Below are positions 20,867-30,603 of a stretch of 64,000 bases of DNA, piece by piece (within the stretch, counting starts at the first letter, position 1; each line of letters starts with the position of its first letter). Source of the stretch: Thermodesulfobacteriota bacterium (GTDB lineage Bacteria > Desulfobacterota_D > UBA1144 > Nemesobacterales > JAJCZQ01); NCBI GenBank assembly GCA_965203965.1, contig CBDBDR010000017.1:1344001-1408000 (forward strand), written 5' to 3'. The notes under the pieces are model-generated. The model saw nothing but the letters and a program-made list of their open reading frames with translations. It searched no databases and was not told the DNA's origin. Both the position numbers and the translations under genes were made by a program.

Positions 20867-21673
20867 ATGTCAAAAACAAGAATAACTAATTTGCACGTGA
20901 TGAAGAAAGAAAGTAAGAAAATCACGATGATAACCGCCTATGATTTTTATACCGCAGAAATTTTGGACGAAGCGGGGGTTAACGTGGTGCTTGTTGGGGA
21001 TTCTCTTGGAAATGTTGTGCAAGGTGAAAAAGATACTCTTTCTGTGACAATGGATCAGATGATCTATCACACCTTGATTGTATCCAGAGGCTTGAAAAGT
21101 GCTCACTTATCCAGCGATATGCCTTTCATGTCATACCATGCTTCCAAGACTGAAGCTATAAGAAATGCGGGAAGATTGGTCAAAGAAGGGAAAACTGAAT
21201 CCGTAAAACTTGAGGTTAATGAAGAGTATATTGATACGGTTTATGCTATAAATAAGGCAGGTATACCAGTTATATCACATATCGGACTTTGTCCTCAATC
21301 CCTTCATGTTATGGGTGGTTATAAAATGCAGGGACGTTCAAAAGAAGATGGTGATCACATATTAGAACTTGCTACTCTTTCAGAAGAAGCTGGGGCTTTT
21401 ATGCTTCTGCTCGAAAGCATTCCTGAAAATCTTGCGAAAAAGATCACCGAATCGGTAAATATTCCAACCATAGGAATTGGTGCTGGAAGATACTGTGATG
21501 GGCATGTGCTAGTGTTTCACGATATGATGGGATTGAGCAAAGGCCCACAGCCTAGTTTTGTGAAGAAGTTTGCTGAAGGCAAGAAACTGTTTAAGCAAGC
21601 TGCTGAGGAGTATATTGAGCAAGTAAAAAAAGGTAAATTTCCCGGTAAGGATCAATCTCATGAGCAGTTCTGA
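20867..21673 (+). CDS. panB: 3-methyl-2-oxobutanoate hydroxymethyltransferase
   Basis: TAYD, LVGDSLG, DMPFMSY, HIGL.PQ, IGIGAG. Confidence 0.96.
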   Translation: MSKTRITNLHVMKKESKKITMITAYDFYTAEILDEAGVNVVLVGDSLGNVVQGEKDTLSVTMDQMIYHTLIVSRGLKSAHLSSDMPFMSYHASKTEAIRNAGRLVKEGKTESVKLEVNEEYIDTVYAINKAGIPVISHIGLCPQSLHVMGGYKMQGRSKEDGDHILELATLSEEAGAFMLLLESIPENLAKKITESVNIPTIGIGAGRYCDGHVLVFHDMMGLSKGPQPSFVKKFAEGKKLFKQAAEEYIEQVKKGKFPGKDQSHEQF

Positions 21674-22517
21674 AAAACCAGTTATTATCAAAGGATCATT
21701 GGAATTATGCTCGCTCTCAAATGATTTTAAGATAAAGGGCAAAAAAATTGCTTTTGTTCCTACGATGGGATCTCTTCATAAAGGGCATTTGAGTTTGATA
21801 TCTAAGGCAAACAAGTTAGGCGATGTTACAGTGGTAAGCATATTTGTCAATCCTACACAGTTTGGAGAGAATGAGGATTTTGACCATTATACTAGGGATG
21901 TTGAAGGCGATATTGACAAACTGTCTGATTACAAGGTTGACGTGGTTTTTGTGCCGGAAGCCAACGAAATTTATTCATCTGGTTTTCAAACCTATGTTGA
22001 GGTAACTGAACTTCAAAACTGTATGTGTGGTTTGCATAGGCCGGGTCATTTCAGGGGAGTAGCCACTGTGGTGTTGAAGTTGTTTAATATAGTTAAACCG
22101 GACTATGCAGTCTTTGGGCAAAAGGATTACCAACAATTGAAGATAATTGAGCAGATGGTCAAGGATCTAAATCTGGAAGTCAGCATAGTATCGATTCCCA
22201 TAGTTAGAGATAAAGATGGATTGGCACTGAGTTCCAGAAACAAGTATCTTTCGGATGAGCAAAAAGAAAAGGCCCTTGCGGTCTCAAAGGCATTGTTTAG
22301 TATTCGCCAAAGTTTTCTACAAGGTTGTAAAAATGTTCCGGGTCTTGTAAATATCGGAAAAAAAATTCTTGCTGATTGTAATATTGATAACGTGGATTAT
22401 TTGGAGATAAGGGATTGCGAGGATATTACCTTGAAAAAAGAAGCTGAGTCTGGCAATTTAGTTGCCCTTGCCGTCAGAATAGGGGAGAATAGATTGATAG
22501 ACAATATAATTTTGTAG
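21660..22517 (+). CDS. panC: Pantoate--beta-alanine ligase
   Basis: VPTMG.LHKGH, SIFVNPTQF, RPGHF.GV, FGQKDYQQ, GLALSSRN, RLIDN. Confidence 0.97.
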   Translation: MSSSEKPVIIKGSLELCSLSNDFKIKGKKIAFVPTMGSLHKGHLSLISKANKLGDVTVVSIFVNPTQFGENEDFDHYTRDVEGDIDKLSDYKVDVVFVPEANEIYSSGFQTYVEVTELQNCMCGLHRPGHFRGVATVVLKLFNIVKPDYAVFGQKDYQQLKIIEQMVKDLNLEVSIVSIPIVRDKDGLALSSRNKYLSDEQKEKALAVSKALFSIRQSFLQGCKNVPGLVNIGKKILADCNIDNVDYLEIRDCEDITLKKEAESGNLVALAVRIGENRLIDNIIL

Positions 22518-22541
22518 TCAGTTTACAGAGATGAGCTTATT

Positions 22542-22931
22542 ATGAAGAGGTCATTACTTAAATCTAAAATACATCGTGTCATAGTTACAGAGGCTGACCT
22601 GGATTATGAAGGAAGCCTTACAGTTGATAAATGTCTTATGGAAGCCGCCGATTTACTTCCCTATGAGGAAGTCCATATTTTTAATATTACAAATGGACAT
22701 AGGTTTTCAACTTATGTTATTGAGGGTGCCGCCGATTCCAACACAATTTGCGTAAATGGAGCCGCAGCGCATCTGGCAAGAGAAGGTGATTGCCTTATAG
22801 TTGCAAGTTTTGCACACTATGATGAAACTGAGTGTAAGAGTCATGTTCCAAGACTAATATATGTAAATGAATTAAATGAAATAATTGATTTCAAGCCTGA
22901 TGGAATTAACTTAGAGTTGGCAAAGAGTTGA
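22542..22931 (+). CDS. panD: Aspartate 1-decarboxylase
   Basis: KSKIHR, YEG/S cleavage site, NG.RF.TY, NGAAA. Confidence 0.97.
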   Translation: MKRSLLKSKIHRVIVTEADLDYEGSLTVDKCLMEAADLLPYEEVHIFNITNGHRFSTYVIEGAADSNTICVNGAAAHLAREGDCLIVASFAHYDETECKSHVPRLIYVNELNEIIDFKPDGINLELAKS

Positions 22932-22964
22932 TCACCCATCAGACAGTGTTTTTTCATGTGGTTA

Positions 22965-22995
22965 TTGACAAGTTTTAACTATAAGGTTATAGAAT
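22965..22995 (+). promoter_or_regulatory. Putative sigma70 promoter for the cytidylyltransferase operon
   Basis: TTGACA-17-TATAGA (or TAGAAT at a 19-nt spacer). Confidence 0.45.
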
Positions 22996-23097
22996 AAACC
23001 CAAATTGAAAACAAAACTAAGAACGACAGAGTTTTGCAGATTCTCTCTTTTGCGTAATTGACTGGAAATTTTACCGGAGGTTTTTTAGAAATAAATA

Positions 23098-23874
23098 ATG
23101 AAAGCAATAATACTTGCAGCTGGCAGAGGTTCCAGATTAGCTCCATACACTAACCATATACCCAAATGTTTGCTTGATATCGGCGGAGTGACAATTTTAG
23201 AGCACCAACTCAACCATATCAGGTATTGTGGGATAACTGAAGTGGCTGTTGTTGTAGGTTTTGGATTTGATAAGGTAGAAAATTTTCTTAGAAGTTATGA
23301 CGGACTGGGAATTAAAATCAAGACGCTTTACAATCCTTTTTATCAGACAACAAACAGTCTAATATCTTTGTGTATTGCTCGTAGTGAGATGAATGATGAT
23401 ATACTGGTAATGAATGGGGACGATGTCTTTGAAGTTGATGTAATCAACAAACTTTTATCGGTTACCAATGAAAGATTTTGCATGCCCATCAAAAAAAGAT
23501 TGTTATACGATGATGAAGACATGAAGATAAGGCTGAATAAAGATAAGATAGTTAGCATAAGTAAGGGAATTACAAACAATATATCTGCAGAGTCAGTGGG
23601 GTTGAGGGTGTTTAGAGACACAGGAGTAGAAATACTGAAAAGAGCAATTGAAGAAGAAATGCGCACTTTTTTGTCCGAGAAAAAGTGGTATATATCTGCA
23701 GTGCAAAGACTTATAAACAGGGGTTACAAAGTTAAGTCTGTGGATATAGGTGATTTGTTTTGGATGGATGTTGATTTTCCATCGGACCTATCTAAGGTCA
23801 GAGCAAATTCGGATAAATTCCTGAACGCTAGTCAAAGCCGTGTTTATTTGAGAGTAGTGGGATCCAATTCATAA
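23098..23874 (+). CDS. Nucleotidyltransferase, LicC/IPCT/PntC-like cytidylyltransferase
   Basis: ILAAGRGSRL...PKCLL, NSLISL, NGD, WMDVDFPSD. Confidence 0.88.
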   Translation: MKAIILAAGRGSRLAPYTNHIPKCLLDIGGVTILEHQLNHIRYCGITEVAVVVGFGFDKVENFLRSYDGLGIKIKTLYNPFYQTTNSLISLCIARSEMNDDILVMNGDDVFEVDVINKLLSVTNERFCMPIKKRLLYDDEDMKIRLNKDKIVSISKGITNNISAESVGLRVFRDTGVEILKRAIEEEMRTFLSEKKWYISAVQRLINRGYKVKSVDIGDLFWMDVDFPSDLSKVRANSDKFLNASQSRVYLRVVGSNS

Positions 23875-23878
23875 GACA

Positions 23879-25138
23879 GTGCATGCCTTAGTAATAGTTT
23901 CTGCTGATGGATTGAATGGGGAGTCACTTAATTCTTTCCCTTTCCTTTCCGTTGCTGAAGTTACTCAGCTAAAAAGACTCCTGATTAATTCCGAAAGAGC
24001 AGGAATTACCCGCTTTACTATTATCTGTGAAGAGAACATAAAGTTCTCAATACTTGATTTGATAAAGGACAGAAGGATCCAGTCACGGATTGATCTGGTA
24101 ACAAAAAATGAGAAACCTGACTTGGATGCTGAAGAAGAATACATTGTTATTCAGTCCAACCTTTTGATTTATCATACGTCTATCAAGCAGTTTATTAGTC
24201 TGTCGGAACAAGTGAAGTTCGTAACTGTGCTTTCCGATAAAAACAATAATATTTACGGTTTGTTGAAAGTAAGTAGGGTGGAAGCAGAAAAAATTATTAA
24301 CGGCGGAAACTTACGTTTCTGGTTTGAGCAGCAAGGCGATAAATCCATCAAATACATAAGTGTTGAAGATGGTTATTATATGAACTTATCTGATGACCCG
24401 GACTCACTTCATAGAGCAAATGATTTAATATTTTCTAATATAGGTAAAACTGCAACCGGCTGGATAGCAAGGAATATCAACGGTAGAATATCCTTACCTA
24501 TTAGTCGACAGTTAATTAAAACATCTTTGACACCTAACGCCATAAGCATTTTGATTAACGTGATTGGTGTGCTTTGCGGTCCCTTTTATGCAATTGGATA
24601 TCCTGTCGTTGGTGCAATATCCATGCAGATTGCTACAATTTTAGACCGCTGTGATGGTGAAGTTGCTAGGGCAAAGTTGATGGAAACTAAAAGAGGACAG
24701 TGGATAGATACCATAAGTGATCAGTTTACAGTGCTTTCATTTTATGTAGGTCTTCCAATTGGTTACTACCTTGAGACTGGTAGCAATTGGATAATTTTTG
24801 TCGGAATTATGAATGTATTACTATACTTTTTCTTTCTAGTATGGTCTTTCTATTTTCTCAGAAAATATACGGATTCTGGCAGTCTTGTAGCCTATTTTGA
24901 AGTTGATAAAATAGTGAGTAAAGAAGATACTTCTGTCATCAGGAAGTTTATATATTTTTTGAGACCCCTTGGCAGAAGGAATTTTTACTCTATGGCTTTT
25001 CTGGTTATGGCAATCATATCGGGCTATTGGTTGACATTTTTCTTTGCAACCCTCGCTATAATATTATTTTTCCTTCATCAACTTGAAGATATGATAAGGA
25101 TCGGTAGAATGCGAAGAAAGGTTCCCAATAGTCTGTAA
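23879..25138 (+). CDS. CDP-alcohol phosphotransferase with degenerate N-terminal nucleotidyltransferase-like domain
   Basis: TPN, complete signature DRCDGEVAR...GQWIDTISD, about 6 TM helices; about 190-aa soluble N-terminal domain lacking the AAG.G.R loop. Confidence 0.88.
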   Translation: MHALVIVSADGLNGESLNSFPFLSVAEVTQLKRLLINSERAGITRFTIICEENIKFSILDLIKDRRIQSRIDLVTKNEKPDLDAEEEYIVIQSNLLIYHTSIKQFISLSEQVKFVTVLSDKNNNIYGLLKVSRVEAEKIINGGNLRFWFEQQGDKSIKYISVEDGYYMNLSDDPDSLHRANDLIFSNIGKTATGWIARNINGRISLPISRQLIKTSLTPNAISILINVIGVLCGPFYAIGYPVVGAISMQIATILDRCDGEVARAKLMETKRGQWIDTISDQFTVLSFYVGLPIGYYLETGSNWIIFVGIMNVLLYFFFLVWSFYFLRKYTDSGSLVAYFEVDKIVSKEDTSVIRKFIYFLRPLGRRNFYSMAFLVMAIISGYWLTFFFATLAIILFFLHQLEDMIRIGRMRRKVPNSL

Positions 25139-25178
25139 ACAATTTCTATTTGACTGTCATGTAGTTTTATCGGGGGTT

Positions 25179-26741
25179 TTATGAGGGAAGGTTATTTTTT
25201 TTCATGTAATACTGGAGTTCCTGTTTTACGTCAGGGAATAAAACAAACATCCCTGCAATGTTTACAAAAGCCATGAGAAAAATCAGGGAGTCCGATATAT
25301 TGATCACCTGAGTCAAACTCAGTGTGGAGCCAACCACTACTAAAATGCAGAATATTATCTTGAAAGAAATCTCACTCCATTTTGTTTCACCCATTAGAAA
25401 TGTCCAACTCTTGAGTCCGTAGTAGCTCCAGGAAATTATTGTTGAGAAAGCAAACATGAAAGCTGCCAGTCCCAATACATAGGGAAACCAAGGTATTGCT
25501 TTACCGAAGGCTGCCGAGGTTATTTCAATTCCACTTACTCCTCCCTGTGGTGTCTGATATGTTCCCATTAAAATTATTACAATCGATGTCATAGTGCATA
25601 TAATTACCGTGTCTATGAAGGGTTCAAGAAGCGAGACCAGTCCCTCTGTTGCAGGGTAGGAGGTCTTGACAGCCGAGTGGGCAATTGGTGCAGACCCGAG
25701 TCCTGCTTCGTTTGAAAAAGCAGCTCTTTGAAACCCCCATATCATTACACCCAAAGCTCCGCCTTCAACCCCTTCCGTTGTAAATGCTCCGGATATTATA
25801 AGACCTATTACACCGGGTATTTTATCAACGTTTAGTGCGATGATTATGATTGCTGCTCCAACATAAATTAAAGCCATGAACGGCACCAATCTGCTTGTTA
25901 CACGTGCTATACTCCTGATGCCTCCGATGATCACAAGAGCCACAATTACTGACATAATTATACCGAAGAACCAACCTGCAATTTCTATTTTCTGTCCGGC
26001 AATTATTTGAACCTGTCTAAAAGACTGATTTGCCTGAAATATACACCCTGCACCTATCGCGCCACCAATGCAAAAGATTGAAAACAACACTGCGAGGAAT
26101 TTCCCAAGCCTTTTCATACCTCTTTTTTCAAATCCGCGAGAAAGATAATACATGGGTCCGCCTGACACTGATCCGTCCGGATTTTCCTGCCGGTATTTTA
26201 CCCCCAATGTACATTCGCAGAACTTGAGTGACATTCCGAGAAATCCGGCAATAATCATCCAGAAAGTTGCTCCGGGCCCCCCTTTGGACACTGCTATTGC
26301 CACACCTGCTATATTGCCCAGTCCAACTGTTGCTGCGCAAGCAGTTGACAGTGCCTGAAAGTGAGACACTTCTCCAGGAGCTGTTGGATCGGGATCTTCT
26401 CCTTTTATGAGTGCAATTGCACGTCTGAATCCCCAGATATTTATGAACTTGAAATAAAGGGTGAAGAATATTCCGGCAATTATTATAAGTGCCACCACGA
26501 TCTTTATATCTGTTTTGAACAAAGACACAGAGTAAAAGACTGTTTTCGAAAGAAAATCCGACACCGGCGCTACAAAGTTGTCAATATTTTCATCCACACC
26601 GGCAAACGATAAAGACGGGATAAGCAACGCCGCCATAGAAGCGAAAACAAAGAGCATGGAGTTTGTTAAACTTCTCTTTACATTGCGGCTTGTTAAAAAT
26701 GTAAAGCTACCTGTTTTCTGCTCAAAGTTTAGATCTGTCAT
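25179..26741 (-). CDS. Alanine/glycine:cation symporter (AGCS family)
   Basis: ATVGLGNIAGVA, GGPGATFWM, GGPMYY, RAAFSNEAGLGSAPIAH, FIDT.IICTMT. Confidence 0.95.
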   Translation of the reverse strand: MTDLNFEQKTGSFTFLTSRNVKRSLTNSMLFVFASMAALLIPSLSFAGVDENIDNFVAPVSDFLSKTVFYSVSLFKTDIKIVVALIIIAGIFFTLYFKFINIWGFRRAIALIKGEDPDPTAPGEVSHFQALSTACAATVGLGNIAGVAIAVSKGGPGATFWMIIAGFLGMSLKFCECTLGVKYRQENPDGSVSGGPMYYLSRGFEKRGMKRLGKFLAVLFSIFCIGGAIGAGCIFQANQSFRQVQIIAGQKIEIAGWFFGIIMSVIVALVIIGGIRSIARVTSRLVPFMALIYVGAAIIIIALNVDKIPGVIGLIISGAFTTEGVEGGALGVMIWGFQRAAFSNEAGLGSAPIAHSAVKTSYPATEGLVSLLEPFIDTVIICTMTSIVIILMGTYQTPQGGVSGIEITSAAFGKAIPWFPYVLGLAAFMFAFSTIISWSYYGLKSWTFLMGETKWSEISFKIIFCILVVVGSTLSLTQVINISDSLIFLMAFVNIAGMFVLFPDVKQELQYYMKKNNLPS

Positions 26742-26913
26742 TGCAAATTTTTCTGTGTTGAATAATCGGGCTTAGCTGTCAGAGTAATTTTTTTGCAACA
26801 CAACATAGTAACATATTTATGTATTGTTGTACAACTTATTTTTTCTTGACAAACACTGAATTAAAATTATTTTAGTAGAGCTAAAATTTAGAGTCACATA
26901 GGACTGAAATAGA

Positions 26914-27357
26914 GTGTCTCTTAAAAAAACTTCCAAAAAAACCACTTCAAAAAGATCAAGTTCAAAATCGAAAGCTAAAGAAAAAAAATCGGTGAACAAG
27001 GGAACCTATTCATCGACTTTTATGAACGAGATGAGAAATACCCTTTTGCATATGAGAAACGAGTTACTTGAGGAAGTGGCTAAATCAGTCAAAGAAGAAT
27101 CTGATCATCTGCGCTTTAATGTCGGAGATTTTTATGATTATGCATCTGAAGATAGACAGCGTGAATTAGCTTTAACTTTGTCTAACAGGGAGCGTGAAAA
27201 ATTAATGCAGATAGAACAGGCTTTAAAGAAAATAGAAGACGGTACTTATGGTATTTGCGAGATCACGGGGGAAAATATAGGTGAGGAAAGACTCAGGGCT
27301 CTTCCTTTTACCACGGTTAGTATAGAAGCTCAAGAAGAGATAGAGAAGGGATATTAG
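26914..27357 (+). CDS. DksA/TraR-family protein, single-Cys (Zn-independent type)
   Basis: Coiled-coil tip DFYDYA; CEIT-x17-SIEA; K/S-rich N-terminal tail. Confidence 0.88.
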   Translation: MSLKKTSKKTTSKRSSSKSKAKEKKSVNKGTYSSTFMNEMRNTLLHMRNELLEEVAKSVKEESDHLRFNVGDFYDYASEDRQRELALTLSNREREKLMQIEQALKKIEDGTYGICEITGENIGEERLRALPFTTVSIEAQEEIEKGY

Positions 27358-28391
27358 TCTTTTATCTTGTTTAGTGATTTATCATAGGTTGGTCTGAACA
27401 AGTCTACTTCCGTAATAATTGAATCAACATTGGTGCCCGGGGTAATATCAAATGCCGGATTCATAACCTCAACTTCTGCTGCTAATTTGTTTTCTCCAAC
27501 ATGAGTGACTTCAGATATATCTCTCTGTTCAATTTGTATATCACTGCCAGAATTACATTTGAAGTCAATGGTTGAGGTTGGTGCTGCGACGTAAAAAGGT
27601 ATATTGTGATGTCTGGCAAGCACTGAAACAGTATAAGTGCCTATTTTGTTGGCGACGTCCCCGTTTGAAGCGATTCTATCTGCACCCACAATCACCGAGT
27701 CTATCATTCCATTGCTCATCAGGTGTCCGGCCATATTATCGGTTATCAGGGTTACGGGTATGCCATCTTTTTCCAATTCCCAAGCAGTTAGTCGTGCTCC
27801 TTGCAAGCAAGGACGGGTTTCACAAGAGATAACTCTGATATTTCTGCCTTTTTCATGGGCACTTCTTATAACTCCAAGCGCTGTTCCATATCCTCCTGTG
27901 GCCAAGCCCCCTGCGTTGCAATAGGTCAATACAGTCGAGTCATTTTTTATCAACTCGGAGCCGTTTTCTCCTATCTTGCGGCACGTATCTATATCTTCGT
28001 CCAGTATTCTTTTAGCCTCTTTGATAAGTTTTTGGCGGATTTCAGGAATTTCTTTTTCTTTGTTCTGAAGAATAATTTTTTTCATTCTATTAATTGCCCA
28101 GAACAAATTAAATGCAGTTGGTCTGGTAGAAGCCAGTCTCTCGCAGATTTCATCAAGGTCATATAAGAAATTTTCCTTCTTTGAATCATCTGCTTGCAAT
28201 GAACCTATAGCTATCCCCATGGAGGCAGCAATACCTATTGCCGGTGCTCCCCTGATAACCATTGATCTTATTGCGTCTGCTACTTCTTTATAGGATGTAT
28301 ATTCACGGTAAATTTCCTCATTCGGCAGTTTTGACTGATCTATCATTACCACTTTACTGTCAATCCAGTCTATTGTTTTAAATGAAGACAT
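27354..28391 (-). CDS. mtnA: S-methyl-5-thioribose-1-phosphate isomerase
   Basis: IRGAPAIG, TRPTA.NL.WA, CNAG.LAT, ETRP..QGARLT.WE, GADRI..NGD.ANKIGT, NPAFD. Confidence 0.95.
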   Translation of the reverse strand: MSSFKTIDWIDSKVVMIDQSKLPNEEIYREYTSYKEVADAIRSMVIRGAPAIGIAASMGIAIGSLQADDSKKENFLYDLDEICERLASTRPTAFNLFWAINRMKKIILQNKEKEIPEIRQKLIKEAKRILDEDIDTCRKIGENGSELIKNDSTVLTYCNAGGLATGGYGTALGVIRSAHEKGRNIRVISCETRPCLQGARLTAWELEKDGIPVTLITDNMAGHLMSNGMIDSVIVGADRIASNGDVANKIGTYTVSVLARHHNIPFYVAAPTSTIDFKCNSGSDIQIEQRDISEVTHVGENKLAAEVEVMNPAFDITPGTNVDSIITEVDLFRPTYDKSLNKIKD

Positions 28392-28393
28392 GT

Positions 28394-29272
28394 CTATTTC
28401 CCTTTGACCACCTTAGTAAAGATCATTCCTATCCATTCACCATCTTTTTTTTCATCTATTTGCTGGAATCCTGCCTTGATTATACCTTTTGCCACTTGTT
28501 CTTTTTTTGCGAGTAGAATCCCAGAAATTATCAGACATCCATTTGGCGAAAGCTTCATCTCAAGCTCATTCTTAATTGACAGAATTATTTCTGCTGAAAT
28601 ATTGACGGCTATTATATCATATAAACCTCTTACACTCTGGATTGAACCACAAAAAGAAGTTATTCTCTTTTCAAGTTTATTTCTCTTTATATTTTCTCTT
28701 GCTTCTCTTATAGCCAGGGGGTCGGTGTCAAAACAAATTGCTTTTTCTACTCCCAGTTTTACGGAGACAATAGACAAAATGCCGCTCCCACATCCAACAT
28801 CTAAAATTGTATTAAAACTTTTACTGTTGTTCAGACTTTCTATGTATCCGATACATAGCTTTGTGGTTTCGTGGTGTCCCGTGCCAAATGCCATTGAAGG
28901 ATTAATTACCACCAGATGCTCGTTATCAGCACATCCTCTCATATCCCATGGCGGCGTAATGTAAACACTTTTGCTAGCTTTTATCCTCTTTAATTTGTTT
29001 TTCCATACTTCCCAACTTGAATTGTCAATATTTTCAACTCTTATTTCTCCAATTTTGAATTTTTTAAGATTCTCTTTTAAAAAACACATATAGTTTTTGA
29101 ATTTGTAGATCACGTGTTCTATATTCACATCAGTCGGAAAGAGTGCAGATATTGTATATTCCCCATTATTATCCTCGGATGTTGCCATGGCCCCAAGTCC
29201 GAGCAAAAAATCCGATGCAAGGTCTTTTATTTCTGACGGAGCGGTTAATTGAATTTTTGTCAATTTTAGCAT
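28394..29272 (-). CDS. prmA: Ribosomal protein L11 methyltransferase
   Basis: PPW, PSMAFGTGHHETT, LDVGCGSGILS, ISGIL. Confidence 0.93.
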   Translation of the reverse strand: MLKLTKIQLTAPSEIKDLASDFLLGLGAMATSEDNNGEYTISALFPTDVNIEHVIYKFKNYMCFLKENLKKFKIGEIRVENIDNSSWEVWKNKLKRIKASKSVYITPPWDMRGCADNEHLVVINPSMAFGTGHHETTKLCIGYIESLNNSKSFNTILDVGCGSGILSIVSVKLGVEKAICFDTDPLAIREARENIKRNKLEKRITSFCGSIQSVRGLYDIIAVNISAEIILSIKNELEMKLSPNGCLIISGILLAKKEQVAKGIIKAGFQQIDEKKDGEWIGMIFTKVVKGK

Positions 29273-29388
29273 AAGGGTCTAATAGTAACTAACTGATTAA
29301 GTTGTTAAATTTGTAATAATTTTTGATAAAGCTCGAGTGGGTTAGATGTGGTTTTCTTCTTGTCTTATCTTTTGGTTAGATTATTTGA

Positions 29389-29397
29389 TGATATAAT
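29389..29397 (+). promoter_or_regulatory. Extended -10 promoter (TGaTATAAT) for leaderless dksA
   Basis: TGn-TATAAT-aaaaact-ATG (7 nt); no SD. Confidence 0.65.
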
Positions 29398-29404
29398 AAA
29401 AACT

Positions 29405-29764
29405 ATGAAAGAAAGTGAACTTCAATTTTACAAGGCGATCCTTATCTCTAAACTTGCAGAACTGCTTGGAGTTGCTGAAGAGGCTTTAACAAGGCTCAGT
29501 AAGAGTGATATTTTGTTTCCTGACCCTCTTGACAGGGCACTTTCAGAGTCAAACAAATCCATAGAACTTAGAAAAAGGGACAGGGAGAGGAAGTTTATTC
29601 AAAAGATCCAGATCGCACTACAAAAAATAGAAAATGGCACTTATGGTATTTGTGAAAAATGTGGGGAATATATCACGGAAGAAAGGTTAAAAGCAAGACC
29701 AGAAGCCAATATGTGCATCATTTGCAAGGAAGAAGACGAGGAACTTGAGAACAAGTTTGGCTAA
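29405..29764 (+). CDS. dksA: RNA polymerase-binding protein DksA, 4-Cys zinc finger
   Basis: DPLDRA tip, RDRERK, CEKC-x17-CIIC. ATG 29405. Confidence 0.92.
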   Translation: MKESELQFYKAILISKLAELLGVAEEALTRLSKSDILFPDPLDRALSESNKSIELRKRDRERKFIQKIQIALQKIENGTYGICEKCGEYITEERLKARPEANMCIICKEEDEELENKFG

Positions 29765-29799
29765 TTTTGTTATTGTACTTTTTTTCTAATACCTTTTTA

Positions 29800-30492
29800 C
29801 TATTCTTTAGTTTTCATCATTTCATTTGCTGGGATTTTCTTTATAAGATCAGACGCTTTGTCGTAGTATTTTGTGTCTGAATATTCTTCCAGAACCGTGT
29901 TAAATCTTTTTAATGCGGCTTTGTGGTTTTTTTTCTTCATATAAAACTCGCCTATAAATATTTCTCTAGAGGCAAGTATTTTTCTGCATTCCGTTATCTT
30001 CTTTTCTGCATCAGGAACAAGTTCAGAATCAGGATATTTCTCTATAAATTTTTTAAATCCTGTAACTGCATTTCTGGTATGTGAAGGTTCCCTGTTCTTT
30101 GAGGAGCGTAAGTTATAGTTTGACAGCGCCAACTTGTATATAGCATACGGATATTCATCATGCCCGGGATGGTTTTTTATAAATTGTTCATATTCTATAA
30201 TAGCCTGCTGGTACTCACCCTGCCTGAAATAGGTATCGGCAGTCCTAATCTCGGCAAGTGAGGCAAAGGGACTGAATGTGTGCCTTAGTTGTATTTCTTT
30301 CAAGTATTCCAACACCAGATCGTATTCAGGACCGGTAAATATCCATGGGAATCCTCTTTTTTTACTATAAAGCTCGCTTGTGGCAGTTGCATAGAGTTCC
30401 TGATCTGTGGCACTTTGTATTTTGGTCCTTCTGGCACAGGAAGATAGAGCAATGACAATAAATAGGAAGAATAGAACGATGTTTTTGTTCAT
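29800..30492 (-). CDS. bamD: Outer membrane protein assembly factor BamD
   Basis: LSSC lipobox, TPR repeats, FIKNHPGH, FIEKYPDS, IGEFY...AALKRF. Confidence 0.9.
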   Translation of the reverse strand: MNKNIVLFFLFIVIALSSCARRTKIQSATDQELYATATSELYSKKRGFPWIFTGPEYDLVLEYLKEIQLRHTFSPFASLAEIRTADTYFRQGEYQQAIIEYEQFIKNHPGHDEYPYAIYKLALSNYNLRSSKNREPSHTRNAVTGFKKFIEKYPDSELVPDAEKKITECRKILASREIFIGEFYMKKKNHKAALKRFNTVLEEYSDTKYYDKASDLIKKIPANEMMKTKE

Positions 30493-30498
30493 GACAGA

Positions 30499-30528
30499 AT
30501 ATTATTTATAAGTGATTATATGTGTCAA
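30499..30528 (-). promoter_or_regulatory. Putative sigma70 promoter for leaderless bamD
   Basis: TTGACA-18-TAATAT, then 6 nt to the ATG; no SD. Confidence 0.55.
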
Positions 30529-30603
30529 GAATGTTATAAATACAAGTTGGTAGAACTGAGGGAGATAAGTGAATTCCTCCAGTTTGTATTTATTCATTTT
30601 TTA

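Noticed and set aside
26742..26913. Glycine riboswitch upstream of the AGCS symporter
   Set aside because: No GGAGA...CCGAAG...CTCTCAGG aptamer motifs; the region is short and AT-rich.
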